This document shows, one piece after another, positions 34,385 to 46,301 of a DNA stretch of 64,000 nucleotides. The stretch's first letter is position 1, and each line of letters begins with the position of its first letter. Source of the DNA: an uncultured Gemmatimonadales bacterium (GTDB lineage: Bacteria; Gemmatimonadota; Gemmatimonadetes; Gemmatimonadales; Gemmatimonadaceae). The stretch covers positions 128,001 to 192,000 of the forward strand of contig CAVPQB010000003.1 of the NCBI GenBank assembly GCA_963707505.1, in the 5' to 3' direction. A program made the position numbers and the translations under genes. The notes below the pieces were generated by a model. The model was not told where the DNA came from and did not search any database. It worked only from the letters and a program-made list of their open reading frames with translations.

Positions 34385-34930
34385 CTATTCTAAACTCGCG
34401 ATGTAAGGCAGGTGTCTGAAATCTTCTGCATGGTCGAGGCCGTATCCGACCAGGAACTCATGCGGAGCATCGAAACCGATGAAACGGGCGTCGTAGCGTA
34501 GCTGCGTAGCGATCCGCTTGTGCAACAACGCGCAGATCGATAGCGATTTGGGCTGGCGGACCGCCAGCAGGTCCATCAGGACGCTCAAGGTCCGTCCGGA
34601 GTCAATGATGTCTTCCACCAGAAGGATATGCTTCCCTTCCAGAGCCGTCTCGGGGTCATACAACAGTCGTACGTTACCGCTCGAAACCATGGATTCGCCG
34701 TAGCTCGCAGCCACCAGAAAATCCACTTGAAGCGGCCGAACGATCTGGCGGACCAGGTCGCTCAGAAATATGAAACTGCCTTTCAAAAGCCCAAGCACGA
34801 GTAGATCGCCGTCGGAATATTCCGCTGTAATCTCCTCGCCCAACTCTTTTACCCTGGCAGCGATGGTCGGCTCATCGAACGCGATGCGCGAGACCTTTCT
34901 GCCCAGAAGCCGGGGATCCGGGTCAACCAT
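34385..34930 (-). CDS. hpt: Hypoxanthine phosphoribosyltransferase
   Basis: LLKGSFIF, LLVEDIIDSGRTL and FLVGYGLD motifs. Confidence 0.95.
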   Translation of the reverse strand: MVDPDPRLLGRKVSRIAFDEPTIAARVKELGEEITAEYSDGDLLVLGLLKGSFIFLSDLVRQIVRPLQVDFLVAASYGESMVSSGNVRLLYDPETALEGKHILLVEDIIDSGRTLSVLMDLLAVRQPKSLSICALLHKRIATQLRYDARFIGFDAPHEFLVGYGLDHAEDFRHLPYIASLE

Positions 34931-35864
34931 TCGCCGCAGTCTGACGGAACGTGATCGTCCTGCGGTCCATGAGGACCCGGACGCCGCCGGAAAGCTGAAT
35001 CTGCTGGCCCGTCTCACCCTCTATAGTAAACGCTGCAAGCCTCTCGGTTCCGCGTCGATCGAGAACGATGCCGGCCCTGGCACACAGGGCAGGCCAGAGG
35101 AAACCAAGTGAAGCCGCAGGAAAAACTCGTAATTCACGTCTTTCGAACGAGTGACTTTCGGGGGAATCGCTCATCACATGAAAAGTAAGTGCAATGGCCT
35201 CCATTCGCGCCCGCCAGGCCGCAGCTTTTTCTGCGATCTCCAGAAGAGACGTCGAAAAACCGGGTGAGGCGAGTTCCATGGCTGGCAGGAGATCCAGGCG
35301 GACCCGATTGCGGAGATGCCGGCGGTCGGTGTTGGAGGGGTCGGTCACATAGGGGGTCCGATCCCCCTCGGCGTACTGCTCGATCTCGGCCCTGGTTGTC
35401 TCGATGAGCGGCCGTGCCACGGGGGAATCAGCAAGGAGACCGGCCAGCCCGCGGGGCCCGGCGCCGCGTAGCACCCGAATGAAAACAGTCTCGATCTGAT
35501 CGTCCAGAGTGTGCGCGGTGACGACGGTCGCATCCAGCCTCGCGGCCACATCATTCAGGAAATTCCACCGTGCGGCCCGCCATTCCGATTCGGAGCTCGC
35601 CACCTTCTCTGCCCGGCCGGATACGCATCCGATACCGAGATGCAGCGCCTGCTCGGCGACGAGCGCGACCGCCTCCCGCGCAGCCGGTCCGGTGCCATGA
35701 TCGAACGTCGCCACCGCCAGAGTATTGTGGTCAAGCGTCTCCGCGGCGGCGTCGAGCAGGATCATCGAGTCCATCCCGCCCGAGACCGCCAGCAGCCAGT
35801 TGCCAGGGCCGAGGGCCGCTACTCGCTGACGGATCCGCAACACGGTGTCGTGAATGGTACCCAT
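34923..35864 (-). CDS. tilS: tRNA(Ile)-lysidine synthetase (short form)
   Basis: AVSGGMDS, TAHTLDDQIET and DPSN..RNRVR motifs; tilS-hpt-ftsH synteny. Confidence 0.9.
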   Translation of the reverse strand: MGTIHDTVLRIRQRVAALGPGNWLLAVSGGMDSMILLDAAAETLDHNTLAVATFDHGTGPAAREAVALVAEQALHLGIGCVSGRAEKVASSESEWRAARWNFLNDVAARLDATVVTAHTLDDQIETVFIRVLRGAGPRGLAGLLADSPVARPLIETTRAEIEQYAEGDRTPYVTDPSNTDRRHLRNRVRLDLLPAMELASPGFSTSLLEIAEKAAAWRARMEAIALTFHVMSDSPESHSFERRELRVFPAASLGFLWPALCARAGIVLDRRGTERLAAFTIEGETGQQIQLSGGVRVLMDRRTITFRQTAANG

Positions 35865-35928
35865 GGTGTTAAGTTACCGGCTCGCCCTCGTGCGGCGAAC
35901 ATATTCACCTTCACACGGTCGTCAATCG

Positions 35929-36141
35929 ATGCTGCAGGGACATTTGGGGGTTGAAACCAACGGACCTCTCGGACTCCTCTGGGTTTCTCTTGGCCTCATC
36001 GGCTTCTACATTGGACTGATCTGGCTCAACAGTCTGTTGGGGACCTTTCTCACGCCGCTCTTTCTCATTCCGGCGACGTGGCTCATGGACCACCTGAAGC
36101 GCCGCAAGGCAAAGCGTCAGGGGCATGAAGTAGCGGATTAG
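35929..36141 (+). CDS. Small membrane protein
   Basis: Hydrophobic stretch followed by a basic tail; fills an intergenic gap; start uncertain. Confidence 0.5.
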   Translation: MLQGHLGVETNGPLGLLWVSLGLIGFYIGLIWLNSLLGTFLTPLFLIPATWLMDHLKRRKAKRQGHEVAD

Positions 36142-36214
36142 CAACGCAATTTGCGATGGCGACATAGCTCGCAAATCGCGAAACGTTTCATGGGCCCGGC
36201 GCGTACTTTGGACA

Positions 36215-37663
36215 ATGCGCAATCGGGCTCTTTTTTTTATCGTAATTTTATCGGTGCGTCCGCTTTCTGCACAGCAAACGCACCAGCAGACCGACACCCT
36301 GTCCCTATCACTTAGCGAAGCGGTCACGCGCGCGGATCGTATCGGTGAGGAAGTGCGTGTTGCGCGCGCCAATCTCTCCATAACTCAGGCGCAGGCGACG
36401 ATCGCTCGCGCGCCGGGATTGCCGCAGCTCCGCGTAAATGGTTCGGAAAATCGCACTGTACAGAGCGCGCGCGGTCAGGCAGTCGGCCAGGTATTCAATC
36501 AACCGTACAGTTACGCGGCCACGCTCAACGCGTCCCAGATTCTGTTTCAGGGCGGCCGCGTCCTCAATGCGGTGCGCGCATCGCGCGCGGCGACCGGCGC
36601 CTCAGCGCAGGAGCTGGAGGAAACACGGTCGCTCACCGGCCTGCAAACGCAGACGGCATACGTGAACGCGCTGTTCACGCATCGCATGGTGCAGATTCAG
36701 CAACAGAGCTACGAGCTCGCCTCGGCGCAGTTGCAGCAGGCCGAGCAGTTCGAGAAGGCTGGCAGGATGTCGCGCTACGATGTGTTGCGAGCGCGCGTCG
36801 CACTCGCCAACATCGAGCCGCTGGTGTTGCAGGCGCGAGAGAACGCGCAGGTCGCAGCGCTCGAGCTCAAGCGACTCGCGAACATTCCAGCTTCTCGTCC
36901 GCTCGCGCTCACAACGTCGATCGACTCTGTCGTCATACGCGACGTACTCGCTACGGTTGATACGGCCATCGGTCCTGACAATCGGCCCGCGCTCGCATCC
37001 GCTACACTCAACGCACGCGCTCGCGAGCTCGGCGTGTCAGTCGCACGCGCGGCGCTGTTTCCGACCGTCACGTTCAACTTCAACAGCGGATACGGCGCCT
37101 ACCCGGTGAGCGGCGACATCTTTCCGCCGGGACGGGGAATCTTCAAGACCGTGTCGTGCGCGGCAGGCAGTGCGCCCGGCAAGGTGTGCACGGCGCAGAA
37201 CGGCGGATGGTTCAGTGACCAATCCTTTGGATTCACCGTATCGTTTCCGCTTTTCGACGGTCTGCTCAGCAAGGGGAACATCGACCTTGCAGGCGCGCAG
37301 GCGCGTGTCGCGAAGGCGCAGCTCGCACAGACGCGCGAACAGGTTGCGAACGACGTCGAGACGGCCAAGGCCGATCTGTCGCGCGCTCGCGGGCAGTACA
37401 CTGCGCAGCAGCAGAACGTCGCCGAGGCTGAAGAGGCGTACAAACTCGCGAGCCTGCGCTATTCGCGCGGGATGGCGACGCAGCTCGAAGTATCCGACGC
37501 ACAACTTGCACTGACGACGGCGCAGACCAATCAGGCGCGCTCGCTCTACGACGTATACATAGCGGCGGTAGCCCTTGCGCAGACGCAGGGCCGCCCGCTT
37601 CCACTTCCTTCTACTGACAATGCAACCACTGCAGCATCGAGCGATGGCCTTGCGGCTCGCTAA
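36215..37663 (+). CDS. TolC-family outer membrane efflux protein
   Basis: Signal peptide, LSLSEAV and two OEP repeats (PLFDG, RYSRGMATQLEV). Confidence 0.9.
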   Translation: MRNRALFFIVILSVRPLSAQQTHQQTDTLSLSLSEAVTRADRIGEEVRVARANLSITQAQATIARAPGLPQLRVNGSENRTVQSARGQAVGQVFNQPYSYAATLNASQILFQGGRVLNAVRASRAATGASAQELEETRSLTGLQTQTAYVNALFTHRMVQIQQQSYELASAQLQQAEQFEKAGRMSRYDVLRARVALANIEPLVLQARENAQVAALELKRLANIPASRPLALTTSIDSVVIRDVLATVDTAIGPDNRPALASATLNARARELGVSVARAALFPTVTFNFNSGYGAYPVSGDIFPPGRGIFKTVSCAAGSAPGKVCTAQNGGWFSDQSFGFTVSFPLFDGLLSKGNIDLAGAQARVAKAQLAQTREQVANDVETAKADLSRARGQYTAQQQNVAEAEEAYKLASLRYSRGMATQLEVSDAQLALTTAQTNQARSLYDVYIAAVALAQTQGRPLPLPSTDNATTAASSDGLAAR

Positions 37664-38801
37664 GATCGCGCTCTCACTCGGCCTGACTGCGGCGACCATC
37701 GTCGTTGCGGGATGCGGCAACGATACGGCCGACGCGAAGGGCGTGCCTCCAACGGCGACCGGGTCCAAGGGTGGATCGAAGATCCGCAGCATTGCCGTCG
37801 CACCGTCGGATATCGCAACGGCGCAGCTGGGGTCACTCTCGGATGGTGTTCCGATAACCGGGCTGCTTCGTCCGCTCCAGAGCGTCGACATGCACGCGCG
37901 CATCGAGGGTGATCTCACCGGCGTTTACGTGCGCGAAGGACAGCACGTTCAACAAGGCCAGCTGCTCGCACAGTTCGAGGCCGTCGCGCAGGAGAGCGCC
38001 GCGGCGAGCGCACGCGCGGGGCAGTCAGCAGCAAAGGCCGACCTGTCGCAAGCCGAATGGAATTTCAAGCAGAGCGGCGATCTGTTCCATGCAGGCGCGA
38101 TCTCGGAAGCAGACTATCGCGTCTCGCAGCAGGCGGTTGACGCGGCGCGTGCGCGGCTCGCTGCTACCGATGCCGCGCTTCAGCAAGCGAACATTGCGGC
38201 GCGCGACACGAAAGTGGTCGCACCAATCAGTGGTGTCATAGACAAGAAGCTGGTCGACATCGGCGAACACATAACGAAGGGTGCGTCGATATTCACGCTC
38301 GTTAGGAGCCAGACGCTCGAGCTCGCCGCGAACGTGCCGGAGCGACGTGCTTCATCCATCAGGATAGGTCAGAAGGTTTCGTTCGCCGCGCAGGGCCTTT
38401 CGTTCACCGGGAAGGTCGCGCGCGTGAGTCCGACCATCGATCCGACTACGCGCTCGATCACCGTGTACGTCGATGTCGACAATCCGGACGGAGCATTGAA
38501 GGGCAACAGTCTCGCCACCGGTGATGTGATTGCAAGTACCGTCAATGGCGTGCTGCTCGTACCGACCAGCGCGCTGCACCAGACGGCAGACAGTGGCAAG
38601 ACCTACGTGTATCGCGTCAACACGGGTACTGTGGAGCAGGTATTCGTCAATCTCGGGATCGTGAACGACCAGGCAGCGCTGGCTCAGATCACTTCCGGAC
38701 TCAAGACGGGCGATCAGGTCGTGGTCGGGAATGTCGGTACGCTTGCACCGGGCACCCAGATCCAGGTCATCGGCGGTGATCGCGGCGCGCGGAGAAAATA
38801 G
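37644..38801 (+). CDS. RND membrane fusion protein (lipoprotein)
   Basis: Lipobox VAGC, VREGQHV, APISGVI, SPTIDPTTR and GLKTGDQVV motifs. Confidence 0.9.
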   Translation: MALRLAKIALSLGLTAATIVVAGCGNDTADAKGVPPTATGSKGGSKIRSIAVAPSDIATAQLGSLSDGVPITGLLRPLQSVDMHARIEGDLTGVYVREGQHVQQGQLLAQFEAVAQESAAASARAGQSAAKADLSQAEWNFKQSGDLFHAGAISEADYRVSQQAVDAARARLAATDAALQQANIAARDTKVVAPISGVIDKKLVDIGEHITKGASIFTLVRSQTLELAANVPERRASSIRIGQKVSFAAQGLSFTGKVARVSPTIDPTTRSITVYVDVDNPDGALKGNSLATGDVIASTVNGVLLVPTSALHQTADSGKTYVYRVNTGTVEQVFVNLGIVNDQAALAQITSGLKTGDQVVVGNVGTLAPGTQIQVIGGDRGARRK

Positions 38802-38803
38802 CG

Positions 38804-41800
38804 GTGTTCATCTCCGACGTATCAATCAAACACCCGGTATTCGCCACCATGATGATGGTGGCGCTCGTCGTGCTCGGCATCGTCTCGTATCAACGCCTTG
38901 CGATCGACGAGTACCCCGATATCACCTACCCGACCGTCATCGTTCAGACGACGTACGCCGGATCATCGCCTGAAGTGATGGAGCGCGACGTGTCGCGTCC
39001 GATCGAAGAGGCGCTCAATACGGTCCAGGGGATCTACGAGCTCACGTCGACATCGATTGACGGAACCTCGCTCGTACGCGTGCAGTTGAATCTCGGCGTA
39101 GATGTGCTCGCGGCGCAACAGGACGTGCAGGCGAAGATCGCGCGCATTCGTCGTTCGCTGCCGCCGAACATCGACGAGCCGGTAGTTCGGCACTTCGATC
39201 CGAACGACTCGCCGATCATGTCGATCGCCGTGCAGAGTTCGACGCGGCCGATTCGAGAGCTCACCGACCTCGCAACCGAATCAATCACGCAACGCCTCGA
39301 AGCGGTGCCCGGTGTCGCAGCAGTAAACCTTTCCGGCGGTGAGCAGCGGACGATTCGCATCCAGCTCGATCCCAACGCGATGCGGTCGTATGGGTTGACT
39401 CCGCCTGACGTGATGACTGCGCTGCAGCGCGAAAATCAGGAAGTACCAGCCGGCCGGATCGACAAGGGCTCCGTCGAAACACTGGTCCGCATACGTGGTC
39501 GCATCATCGACCCCAAGGCGTTCGGCGGAATCGTCGTCGCAGTGCGCGGCGGATCGCCAGTGCATCTGCGCGATCTTGGCACGGTAATCGACGGATCGGC
39601 CGACAAGCGCACGGCGGCAATGCTCAACCGCGCGCCGACGGTCGCACTGGACATTCAGAAGATCGCCGGCTCCAACACTGTGGAAGTTGCAGATTCGGTC
39701 CACGCCGCAATCGCCGATCTCGACAACGTGTTACCCGGCGACGTGCGGCTCACGGTGATTCGGGACGACTCGCAGCGCATCCGCGAGTCGTTGTCCGACG
39801 TTCAGCTGAACATCATACTCGGCGCGGTCCTCACGATCGCGATCGTGTACCTGTTTCTCAATTCGTGGCGCTCGACGATCATAACGGGGCTCACGCTCCC
39901 TGTGAGCGTCATTTCAGCGTTCTTCGTGATGTGGCTGTTCAACTTCACGGTGAACACGATGACGCTGCTCGCGTTGTCGCTCGCGATCGGATTGCTGATA
40001 GATGACGCGATAGTCGTGCGCGAAAACATCGTGCGTCACGTACAGATGGGTAAGGACCACGTCAAGGCATCGATGGAAGGCACGGACGAGATCGGCATGG
40101 CCGTGATCTCGACCACACTCGCCGTCATGGCGGTGTTCGTACCCGTTGCCTTCATGGGCGGAATCATAGGAAAGATCTTCTTCCAGTTTGGAGTCACCGT
40201 CGCATTCGCGGTGCTCGTTTCGCTATTCGTGTCGTTCACACTCGATCCGATGCTGTCGAGTGTCTGGCCTGACCCGGAGCTCGAGCACGAGCTGGGGCAT
40301 GCGGGAGAAGTGGATTACAGGAAGGTCCGTAATCCCATCCGCCGCGTCGCGCTGCGCTTCAACGCGTGGTTCGAGAAGGCCGCGGATCACTACCCTGCGT
40401 GGCTCGAGTGGGCGCTCAAGCATCGCGGCACCGTGATATTCGGCGCACTTGCGTCGGTTGCCGTCGCCGTGCTCATCACTGGCAAGCTTGGTTTCACATG
40501 GATGCCCGACACGAACTCGGACGAGTTCAGCGTCAACGTGCGCACCGCTCCTGGGTCGACGATCGAGTACACGACCGACAAGTCCGAGCAGGTTGCGGCG
40601 TTTCTGAGGAAGCAGCCGGAAACCGAGTTCACCTACACCACCATTGGCTCCGGATCCCGTGGCACGCCCAACGCCGGCTCGATCTACATCCGGCTCAAAC
40701 CGGCAGCGAAGCGCTCCGCTTCGGTTCAGGACATTCAGAACCGGCTTCGCGGCGAGCTCAAGAAGATTCCCGGAATCACACCGACCATTCAGAACGCGTC
40801 GTCGATATTCGGCGGACGCGGCCAACCGATCTCTGTAAACGTACAGGGGCCTGAGGAGTCGCGTCTCAAGATCGCCGCCAACCAGGTACTCGAAGCGATC
40901 AAGGATGTACCTGGCATCGCCGAGGCGAACTCGAGCGATGACGGTAACATCCCGCAGCTGGACGTGGATGTGGATCGCGAACGAGCGTGGGCCTCCGGTG
41001 TCGGGATCGCATCTGTCGCATCCACACTGCAGCCGCTGTTCACGGGACAGCGCGCGACGCAATGGGAGGACGCCAACGGTTATTCGCACGACGTCATCGT
41101 TGTCTATCCGGATTCACTGCGCCAGTCGGTAAGCAACGTCGCTACGATACCCGTGCCGAGCAGCAACATCGATCCAACAACGGGCCGCCCCGTAATCATT
41201 CCACTTTCGCAGGTCGCCGACATCACACTCGGCACCGGTCCTCAACAGATCAGCCGCCGGAATCTGGAGCGGCAGATCGGAATATCCGCGGGCGTGCTGC
41301 CTGGCTATAATGTCGGCGACGTCGCCGCGCAGGTTCAGGTCGCCATCGATTCGCTCGGTCTCCCGCCTGGTTATCACACGGTCTTCGGCGGCGACGTGAA
41401 GAACCTGAACGAGACCAAGGGATATGTCGGCAGTGCGCTGCTGCTCGCGGTGGTGTTCATCTATCTCATCATTGCGTCGCTCTTCGGCTCCTTCCTGCAA
41501 CCGCTGTCGATTCTGATGTCGCTGCCGCTCAGCTTCATCGGCGTCGCGCTGGCGCTGCTCGTGACCAAGGGGAATCTCAACATCATGAGCATGATCGGAA
41601 TCATCATGCTGATGGGTCTCGTCGTCAAAAACGGAATCCTGCTCGTGGATTTCACGATTCTGAATCGCGGCGAGGGTGCAAGTCGGCACGATGCGCTCCT
41701 CAACGCGGGCCGCACGCGCTTGCGCCCGATCATCATGACGTCGATGGCGATGATCTTCGGAATGTTGCCTCTCGCACTCGCCATCGGGCCCGGCGCCGAT

Positions 41801-42001
41801 CAGCGCGCTCCGCTGGCGCGTGCAGTGATCGGCGGCCTCGTTACGTCGACGTTGCTGACGCTATTCGTTGTCCCCGTCGTCTACACACTTATCGAGGATG
41901 CGACGGAATTCACCACGCGTAAAGCACCCGATAGAATTCGCGGTTTCGCAAGACGTTTTTCACGTAGTCGCGAGTCTCGGAAAACGGTATCCGCTCCGTG
42001 A
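38804..42001 (+). CDS. AcrB/AcrD/AcrF-family RND transporter
   Basis: 1065 aa with GLLIDDAIVVRENI, GLVVKNGILLVD and RLRPIIMT motifs. Confidence 0.95.
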   Translation: MFISDVSIKHPVFATMMMVALVVLGIVSYQRLAIDEYPDITYPTVIVQTTYAGSSPEVMERDVSRPIEEALNTVQGIYELTSTSIDGTSLVRVQLNLGVDVLAAQQDVQAKIARIRRSLPPNIDEPVVRHFDPNDSPIMSIAVQSSTRPIRELTDLATESITQRLEAVPGVAAVNLSGGEQRTIRIQLDPNAMRSYGLTPPDVMTALQRENQEVPAGRIDKGSVETLVRIRGRIIDPKAFGGIVVAVRGGSPVHLRDLGTVIDGSADKRTAAMLNRAPTVALDIQKIAGSNTVEVADSVHAAIADLDNVLPGDVRLTVIRDDSQRIRESLSDVQLNIILGAVLTIAIVYLFLNSWRSTIITGLTLPVSVISAFFVMWLFNFTVNTMTLLALSLAIGLLIDDAIVVRENIVRHVQMGKDHVKASMEGTDEIGMAVISTTLAVMAVFVPVAFMGGIIGKIFFQFGVTVAFAVLVSLFVSFTLDPMLSSVWPDPELEHELGHAGEVDYRKVRNPIRRVALRFNAWFEKAADHYPAWLEWALKHRGTVIFGALASVAVAVLITGKLGFTWMPDTNSDEFSVNVRTAPGSTIEYTTDKSEQVAAFLRKQPETEFTYTTIGSGSRGTPNAGSIYIRLKPAAKRSASVQDIQNRLRGELKKIPGITPTIQNASSIFGGRGQPISVNVQGPEESRLKIAANQVLEAIKDVPGIAEANSSDDGNIPQLDVDVDRERAWASGVGIASVASTLQPLFTGQRATQWEDANGYSHDVIVVYPDSLRQSVSNVATIPVPSSNIDPTTGRPVIIPLSQVADITLGTGPQQISRRNLERQIGISAGVLPGYNVGDVAAQVQVAIDSLGLPPGYHTVFGGDVKNLNETKGYVGSALLLAVVFIYLIIASLFGSFLQPLSILMSLPLSFIGVALALLVTKGNLNIMSMIGIIMLMGLVVKNGILLVDFTILNRGEGASRHDALLNAGRTRLRPIIMTSMAMIFGMLPLALAIGPGADQRAPLARAVIGGLVTSTLLTLFVVPVVYTLIEDATEFTTRKAPDRIRGFARRFSRSRESRKTVSAP

Positions 42002-43778
42002 ATATCTCGGCGTCGTCGGCACCGCGCTTGGTCGACCATCGTGCAACGCGCGAGCCGCCCGCGTTGTAGGCGGCCAGCGATCTTGCAACGTTCGGCTGGC
42101 CTTTGAGCAGCGGTGCAAGATGCCGGATACCGATCTCGATGTTGATTCCGGGCTCGTAAAGCAGGGCCGGATCCCACGACGTGATGCCGGCGGACGGGGC
42201 GATGGACTTCCCCACCGCCGGCATCACCTGCATCAACCCGCGTGCACCGGCGGGTGATCTCGCGCCGGGATTGAAGTTCGACTCCTGCCGGATCAGACCC
42301 GCCACGAGTGCGGGGTCCAGTCCCGCTCTACGCGACTCCGCGACAATCGTGTCGCGTGCAGCCACCGGATAAATCAAGCGCCAGACGTCTGGTGTCGATC
42401 CTACTCTCGAGAGTGCGTCGCGGCCAAGCGCGATCGCGCGGGCAGCCTGGTCTGTTCCGGAAAATGCTGCGGCAGTCGCCAGCAGTCGCGTGCTGTCTGT
42501 CTTCGCGTCGCGGTAAAGTCTGTCATTTTCCATCTGTGCTTCGGACGACATGCCGAATCTGCGCAACAACGAGACCCGGAGCAGTGCACTGTCGACCGAC
42601 GCGACGCGCGGAAAGCCTGCGGCTGTCTGCGACGAGTGCATGCTCTGCACTCCGAGTCTTGCCGCGGCCAGCGTTGCGTAGTAGGAAGTCGAGTCACGCT
42701 TGATCACTGCGCGCCATGCATCGCGCGCGGCTGTGCTATCACCCGCCTGATCGCGGGCGCGGCCGAGCCAGTATCCGGCAGCGAGCGCGTCACCGGATGA
42801 GGAGCCGGAGAGCGCCGCAAACTCCTTGACCGCTGATGAGGTCTGCCCGAGTATGAGCGCGACCATGGCCGCGTTGAATTCCGCCGGCGCAGCAAATCGG
42901 GTTGATGGAAAGCGCTTTATCAGTCCGAGCAGAGTGCGGCGACTGGCTGCATCGTCGCCGTCATCGGTTTGGAGATCGGCGGTGAGCGCGAGTGCCGCCG
43001 CCGCGCTTGTATCCGACGCATCGGACAGGGACCGAAGCGCCGAGCGGGCGCCGGAGTCGTCACCCGCGGCGAGGAGAGAGCGCGCGCGTTGATACCGCGC
43101 TGCATTCGCAAGTGACGCAGGTGAATTTACCGTTGCATACACCTCGGCCGCACGCTTGTCGGCGTTGGTTCTTGAAAGCGCCGTACCGAACGAGAACCTG
43201 TCGGTCTGGCTGAGTGAAGCGTCGTTGCTTGCCTCGAAGCCCGATCGCGCGCGTGGCCACAGACCGACGCGGGCCGCGGCGCGCGCGATCGCAAGTTGCT
43301 CGTCGGGCCTGGCGTCGGTAAACAACTTGTCGAATAACGACGTAGCCTCGCGGACCGCGTCGCCACTCGATGACGAGATGAAGGCGACGAGCGCAGTGCG
43401 GACGGAATCTCTCGCTGCGGCTCCGGTTGCGGCGCGAATCCGAAAGACGGTAACCGGAGCTGGCAATGCCTCATATGCCTTGAGAGCGCTGAGCGTGTCA
43501 CCGAAGTGCTCGAGTGCAGCGGCTTCTACCCATGGAATTCGCTCTCGCGCCAATGGAAGCCGTACACGTGTATAGAGCTCCGCGCGCGCCGGCGAATCGG
43601 CTGTCGAAGCGGCGGCGCGCAGATACAGCCAGCTCGCTATCTCCGGCTGCGCACGCGCGCGCGCAAGCCATACCGTGGCGGCCGTATCTGCGGCGGCGTC
43701 CTGTCCGTGCGCGACGCCGCTGTCCGCATGCTCACATGCGACCGCCAGCAGCAGCGCGGCGATCGAGGCAAGCCTCAT
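41910..43778 (-). CDS. Slt-family lytic transglycosylase lipoprotein with TPR-like helical arm
   Basis: Lipobox [28 protein letters not shown] and ETRDYVK motifs. Confidence 0.9.
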   Translation of the reverse strand: MRLASIAALLLAVACEHADSGVAHGQDAAADTAATVWLARARAQPEIASWLYLRAAASTADSPARAELYTRVRLPLARERIPWVEAAALEHFGDTLSALKAYEALPAPVTVFRIRAATGAAARDSVRTALVAFISSSSGDAVREATSLFDKLFTDARPDEQLAIARAAARVGLWPRARSGFEASNDASLSQTDRFSFGTALSRTNADKRAAEVYATVNSPASLANAARYQRARSLLAAGDDSGARSALRSLSDASDTSAAAALALTADLQTDDGDDAASRRTLLGLIKRFPSTRFAAPAEFNAAMVALILGQTSSAVKEFAALSGSSSGDALAAGYWLGRARDQAGDSTAARDAWRAVIKRDSTSYYATLAAARLGVQSMHSSQTAAGFPRVASVDSALLRVSLLRRFGMSSEAQMENDRLYRDAKTDSTRLLATAAAFSGTDQAARAIALGRDALSRVGSTPDVWRLIYPVAARDTIVAESRRAGLDPALVAGLIRQESNFNPGARSPAGARGLMQVMPAVGKSIAPSAGITSWDPALLYEPGINIEIGIRHLAPLLKGQPNVARSLAAYNAGGSRVARWSTKRGADDAEIFTERIPFSETRDYVKNVLRNREFYRVLYAW

Positions 43779-45370
43779 CGCCAAACGTGTCCGTCCCGCG
43801 CGACCAGCTCGTCTGCCTCTTTGGGACCCCAGGTGCCTGCCTCATACGTTGGAATCTGCCGATCCGCGCGACGTTGCCAGTAATCAAGCAACGGATCGAT
43901 CACCGACCACTGCATATCGACTTCATCGCTGCGTGTGAACAATGTCTGATCCCCGACGAGGCAATCCAGTAGTAGCGTTTCGTAAGCCGGCGGAATGTCC
44001 TCGCCGAACGCTTCGGCGTACGAAAAGTCCATGTCGACACGGCTTATCTCGAGACCGGGCTCGAGCTCGTAAGCGGCGCCGGGAGTTTTCACTTCGAAGC
44101 GCAGCGCGATGCCGTCGTTGGGTTGAATGCGAATCACCAGTACGTTGGGGCGAACCCCGCCGGTATCTCCGCCAAACATGAGATCGGGCGGCGTACGGAA
44201 CTGGAACGCGATCTCGGTGCAGCGCTTGGCGAGCCGCTTCCCCGACCGCAGATAGAACGGCACGCCCTGCCAGCGCCAGTTGTCGATGAATACGCGCAGC
44301 GCAGCATACGTCGGTGTGACGGAGCGTGGATCGACGCTCGGCTCCTGCCGGTATCCAATCACGTTCTTCCCGTCGATCGAGCCGGCGGTATACTGCGCTC
44401 GCACGGCCGCTGGATTCCCTTCCGCGAGAAGAGGACGAATCGAGCGCAGGACTTTCACCTTCTCGTCGCGGACCGCGTCACCGGCGGCGGCGATCGGCGG
44501 CTCCATCGCGGCCAACGTCAGCAGTTGAAGAAGATGGTTCTGGAACATATCGCGAACGACGCCAGCCTCCTCGTAGTATTTGCCACGTCCTTCCATTCCA
44601 ACCGTCTCGGCGGCCGTGACCTGAATCTGCGAGATGTACTGGCGATTCCAGAGTGGCTCGAAGAGCGCATTGGCAAAGCGAAAGACGAGGATGTTCTGCA
44701 CGCTTTCCTTGCCCAGGTAGTGATCGATGCGATACACCTGATGCTCGCCGAACCGCGCCAGCACGAGCTCGTTGAGCTCGCGCGCCGTCGAGAGACTGTG
44801 TCCGAATGGCTTCTCGATCACGACGCGAGTCCAGGGGCGATCGTCAGCCGACGACGAATGCGGCATCAACCCACTATCGGAAAGATGTGTCAGGGCGGAA
44901 CGAAAGACGCTCGGCGGCACCGCGAGATAGAAGAGCACGTTGTTGTTCTTCAACTGGAGCGCATCGTGCACGTCCGCGAGCTCCTTCTTGATCATCTCAT
45001 AGGTGGACGCGTCATCTATGTCACCCTTCGTGACAAAAGAGCGGGACTCCAGCCAGTCGAACACGGCTTCATCGAATCCGTGAATCTCGTCGGAGCCGGA
45101 GACGGCGTCGCGCATCTCCTTGCGAAATACGTCGTCTGTCGTGTCATCGCGCACGAGACCGAGCAGCGCAAAATCGTCCGACAGCAACTTCTGATGCGCG
45201 AGCTCGTAGATGGCGGGAAACAGCTTGCGTTTGGCGAGATCGCCGCCAGCGCCGAAGATGACCATCGTGCACGGATCTGCACGCTGGGCGTGACCACCGG
45301 TTACCTTCGCAGCGGCAGCCCGTACCGCACTTGGCGATACGTCGAGCTTTGGTGCGACGGACGCCGTCAT
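43775..45370 (-). CDS. zwf: Glucose-6-phosphate dehydrogenase
   Basis: [25 protein letters not shown] and DMFQNHL motifs. Confidence 0.97.
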   Translation of the reverse strand: MTASVAPKLDVSPSAVRAAAAKVTGGHAQRADPCTMVIFGAGGDLAKRKLFPAIYELAHQKLLSDDFALLGLVRDDTTDDVFRKEMRDAVSGSDEIHGFDEAVFDWLESRSFVTKGDIDDASTYEMIKKELADVHDALQLKNNNVLFYLAVPPSVFRSALTHLSDSGLMPHSSSADDRPWTRVVIEKPFGHSLSTARELNELVLARFGEHQVYRIDHYLGKESVQNILVFRFANALFEPLWNRQYISQIQVTAAETVGMEGRGKYYEEAGVVRDMFQNHLLQLLTLAAMEPPIAAAGDAVRDEKVKVLRSIRPLLAEGNPAAVRAQYTAGSIDGKNVIGYRQEPSVDPRSVTPTYAALRVFIDNWRWQGVPFYLRSGKRLAKRCTEIAFQFRTPPDLMFGGDTGGVRPNVLVIRIQPNDGIALRFEVKTPGAAYELEPGLEISRVDMDFSYAEAFGEDIPPAYETLLLDCLVGDQTLFTRSDEVDMQWSVIDPLLDYWQRRADRQIPTYEAGTWGPKEADELVARDGHVWR

Positions 45371-46266
45371 GAATGCTTCACCGCGTGTCCGCCGAATTCG
45401 TTGCGCAACGCGGCGATCACCTTGGCGCCGAAGCTGTCGGGTTGGCGCGACCGGAGTCGCATCAGCAATGAAAGCGTGATGACGGGGGCCGGTACGTTGA
45501 GGTCGATGGCTTCCTGCACCGTCCAGCGTCCCTCCCCACTGTCTTCCACGTAGCCCTTGAGATCGGTGAGGTTGCCGTCGCGCGCGAATGCCTGTGCGGC
45601 GAGCTCATTGAGCCAGGAGCGGACGACGGAGCCCTGATTCCAGAGCGCCGAGATCTGCGCGAGATCGAGTTTGAACTCGCTCGACGCGTGTAGTATCTCG
45701 TAGCCTTCCGCGTACGCCTGCAGCATGCCGTATTCGATTCCATTGTGAACCATCTTCACATAATGCCCGGCTCCAGTGGGACCGACGTGAGCATATCCGT
45801 TCGGCGGCGCGAGTGTCGCAAACAACGGCTCGCACAGCTTGAACGTCGCGTCAGACGCGCCGACCATCTCGCAATAGCCTTCCTTCAATCCCCACACACC
45901 GCCGCTGGTGCCAGCGTCGACGAATTCGATTCCCTTCGCCGTCAATTCGATGTTGCGGCGCATCGTGTCGTGAAAGTTCGAGTTACCGCCGTCGATTATC
46001 ACGTCGCCGCGATTGAGATGCTGTGCCAGGTCGTTGATCGTGTCGTCGGTCGGCTTGCCAGCGGGAACCATCACCCACACGATGCGTGGCGCCGAGAGCT
46101 TTGAGACCAGATCTGCGATGCCGCTGGAGGCGGTCGCACCGAGTGTCACGGTGTGCTGCACGGCGTCCGGGCTACGATCATAAGTCACGACGGAATGTCC
46201 GCCGCGAATGAGGCGCTCGGTCATGGCGCCACCCATCTTGCCGAGTCCGATCATTGCGAGTTGCAT
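45367..46266 (-). CDS. gnd: 6-phosphogluconate dehydrogenase, decarboxylating (short form)
   Basis: [29 protein letters not shown] and DSGEGRWT motifs. Confidence 0.95.
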   Translation of the reverse strand: MQLAMIGLGKMGGAMTERLIRGGHSVVTYDRSPDAVQHTVTLGATASSGIADLVSKLSAPRIVWVMVPAGKPTDDTINDLAQHLNRGDVIIDGGNSNFHDTMRRNIELTAKGIEFVDAGTSGGVWGLKEGYCEMVGASDATFKLCEPLFATLAPPNGYAHVGPTGAGHYVKMVHNGIEYGMLQAYAEGYEILHASSEFKLDLAQISALWNQGSVVRSWLNELAAQAFARDGNLTDLKGYVEDSGEGRWTVQEAIDLNVPAPVITLSLLMRLRSRQPDSFGAKVIAALRNEFGGHAVKHS

Positions 46267-46301
46267 GATGTCTTTGTTTGGTGAGAGACGGTACTATTTT
46301 A

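Noticed and set aside
44123..45553. 476-aa plus-strand ORF
   Set aside because: Antisense shadow of zwf.
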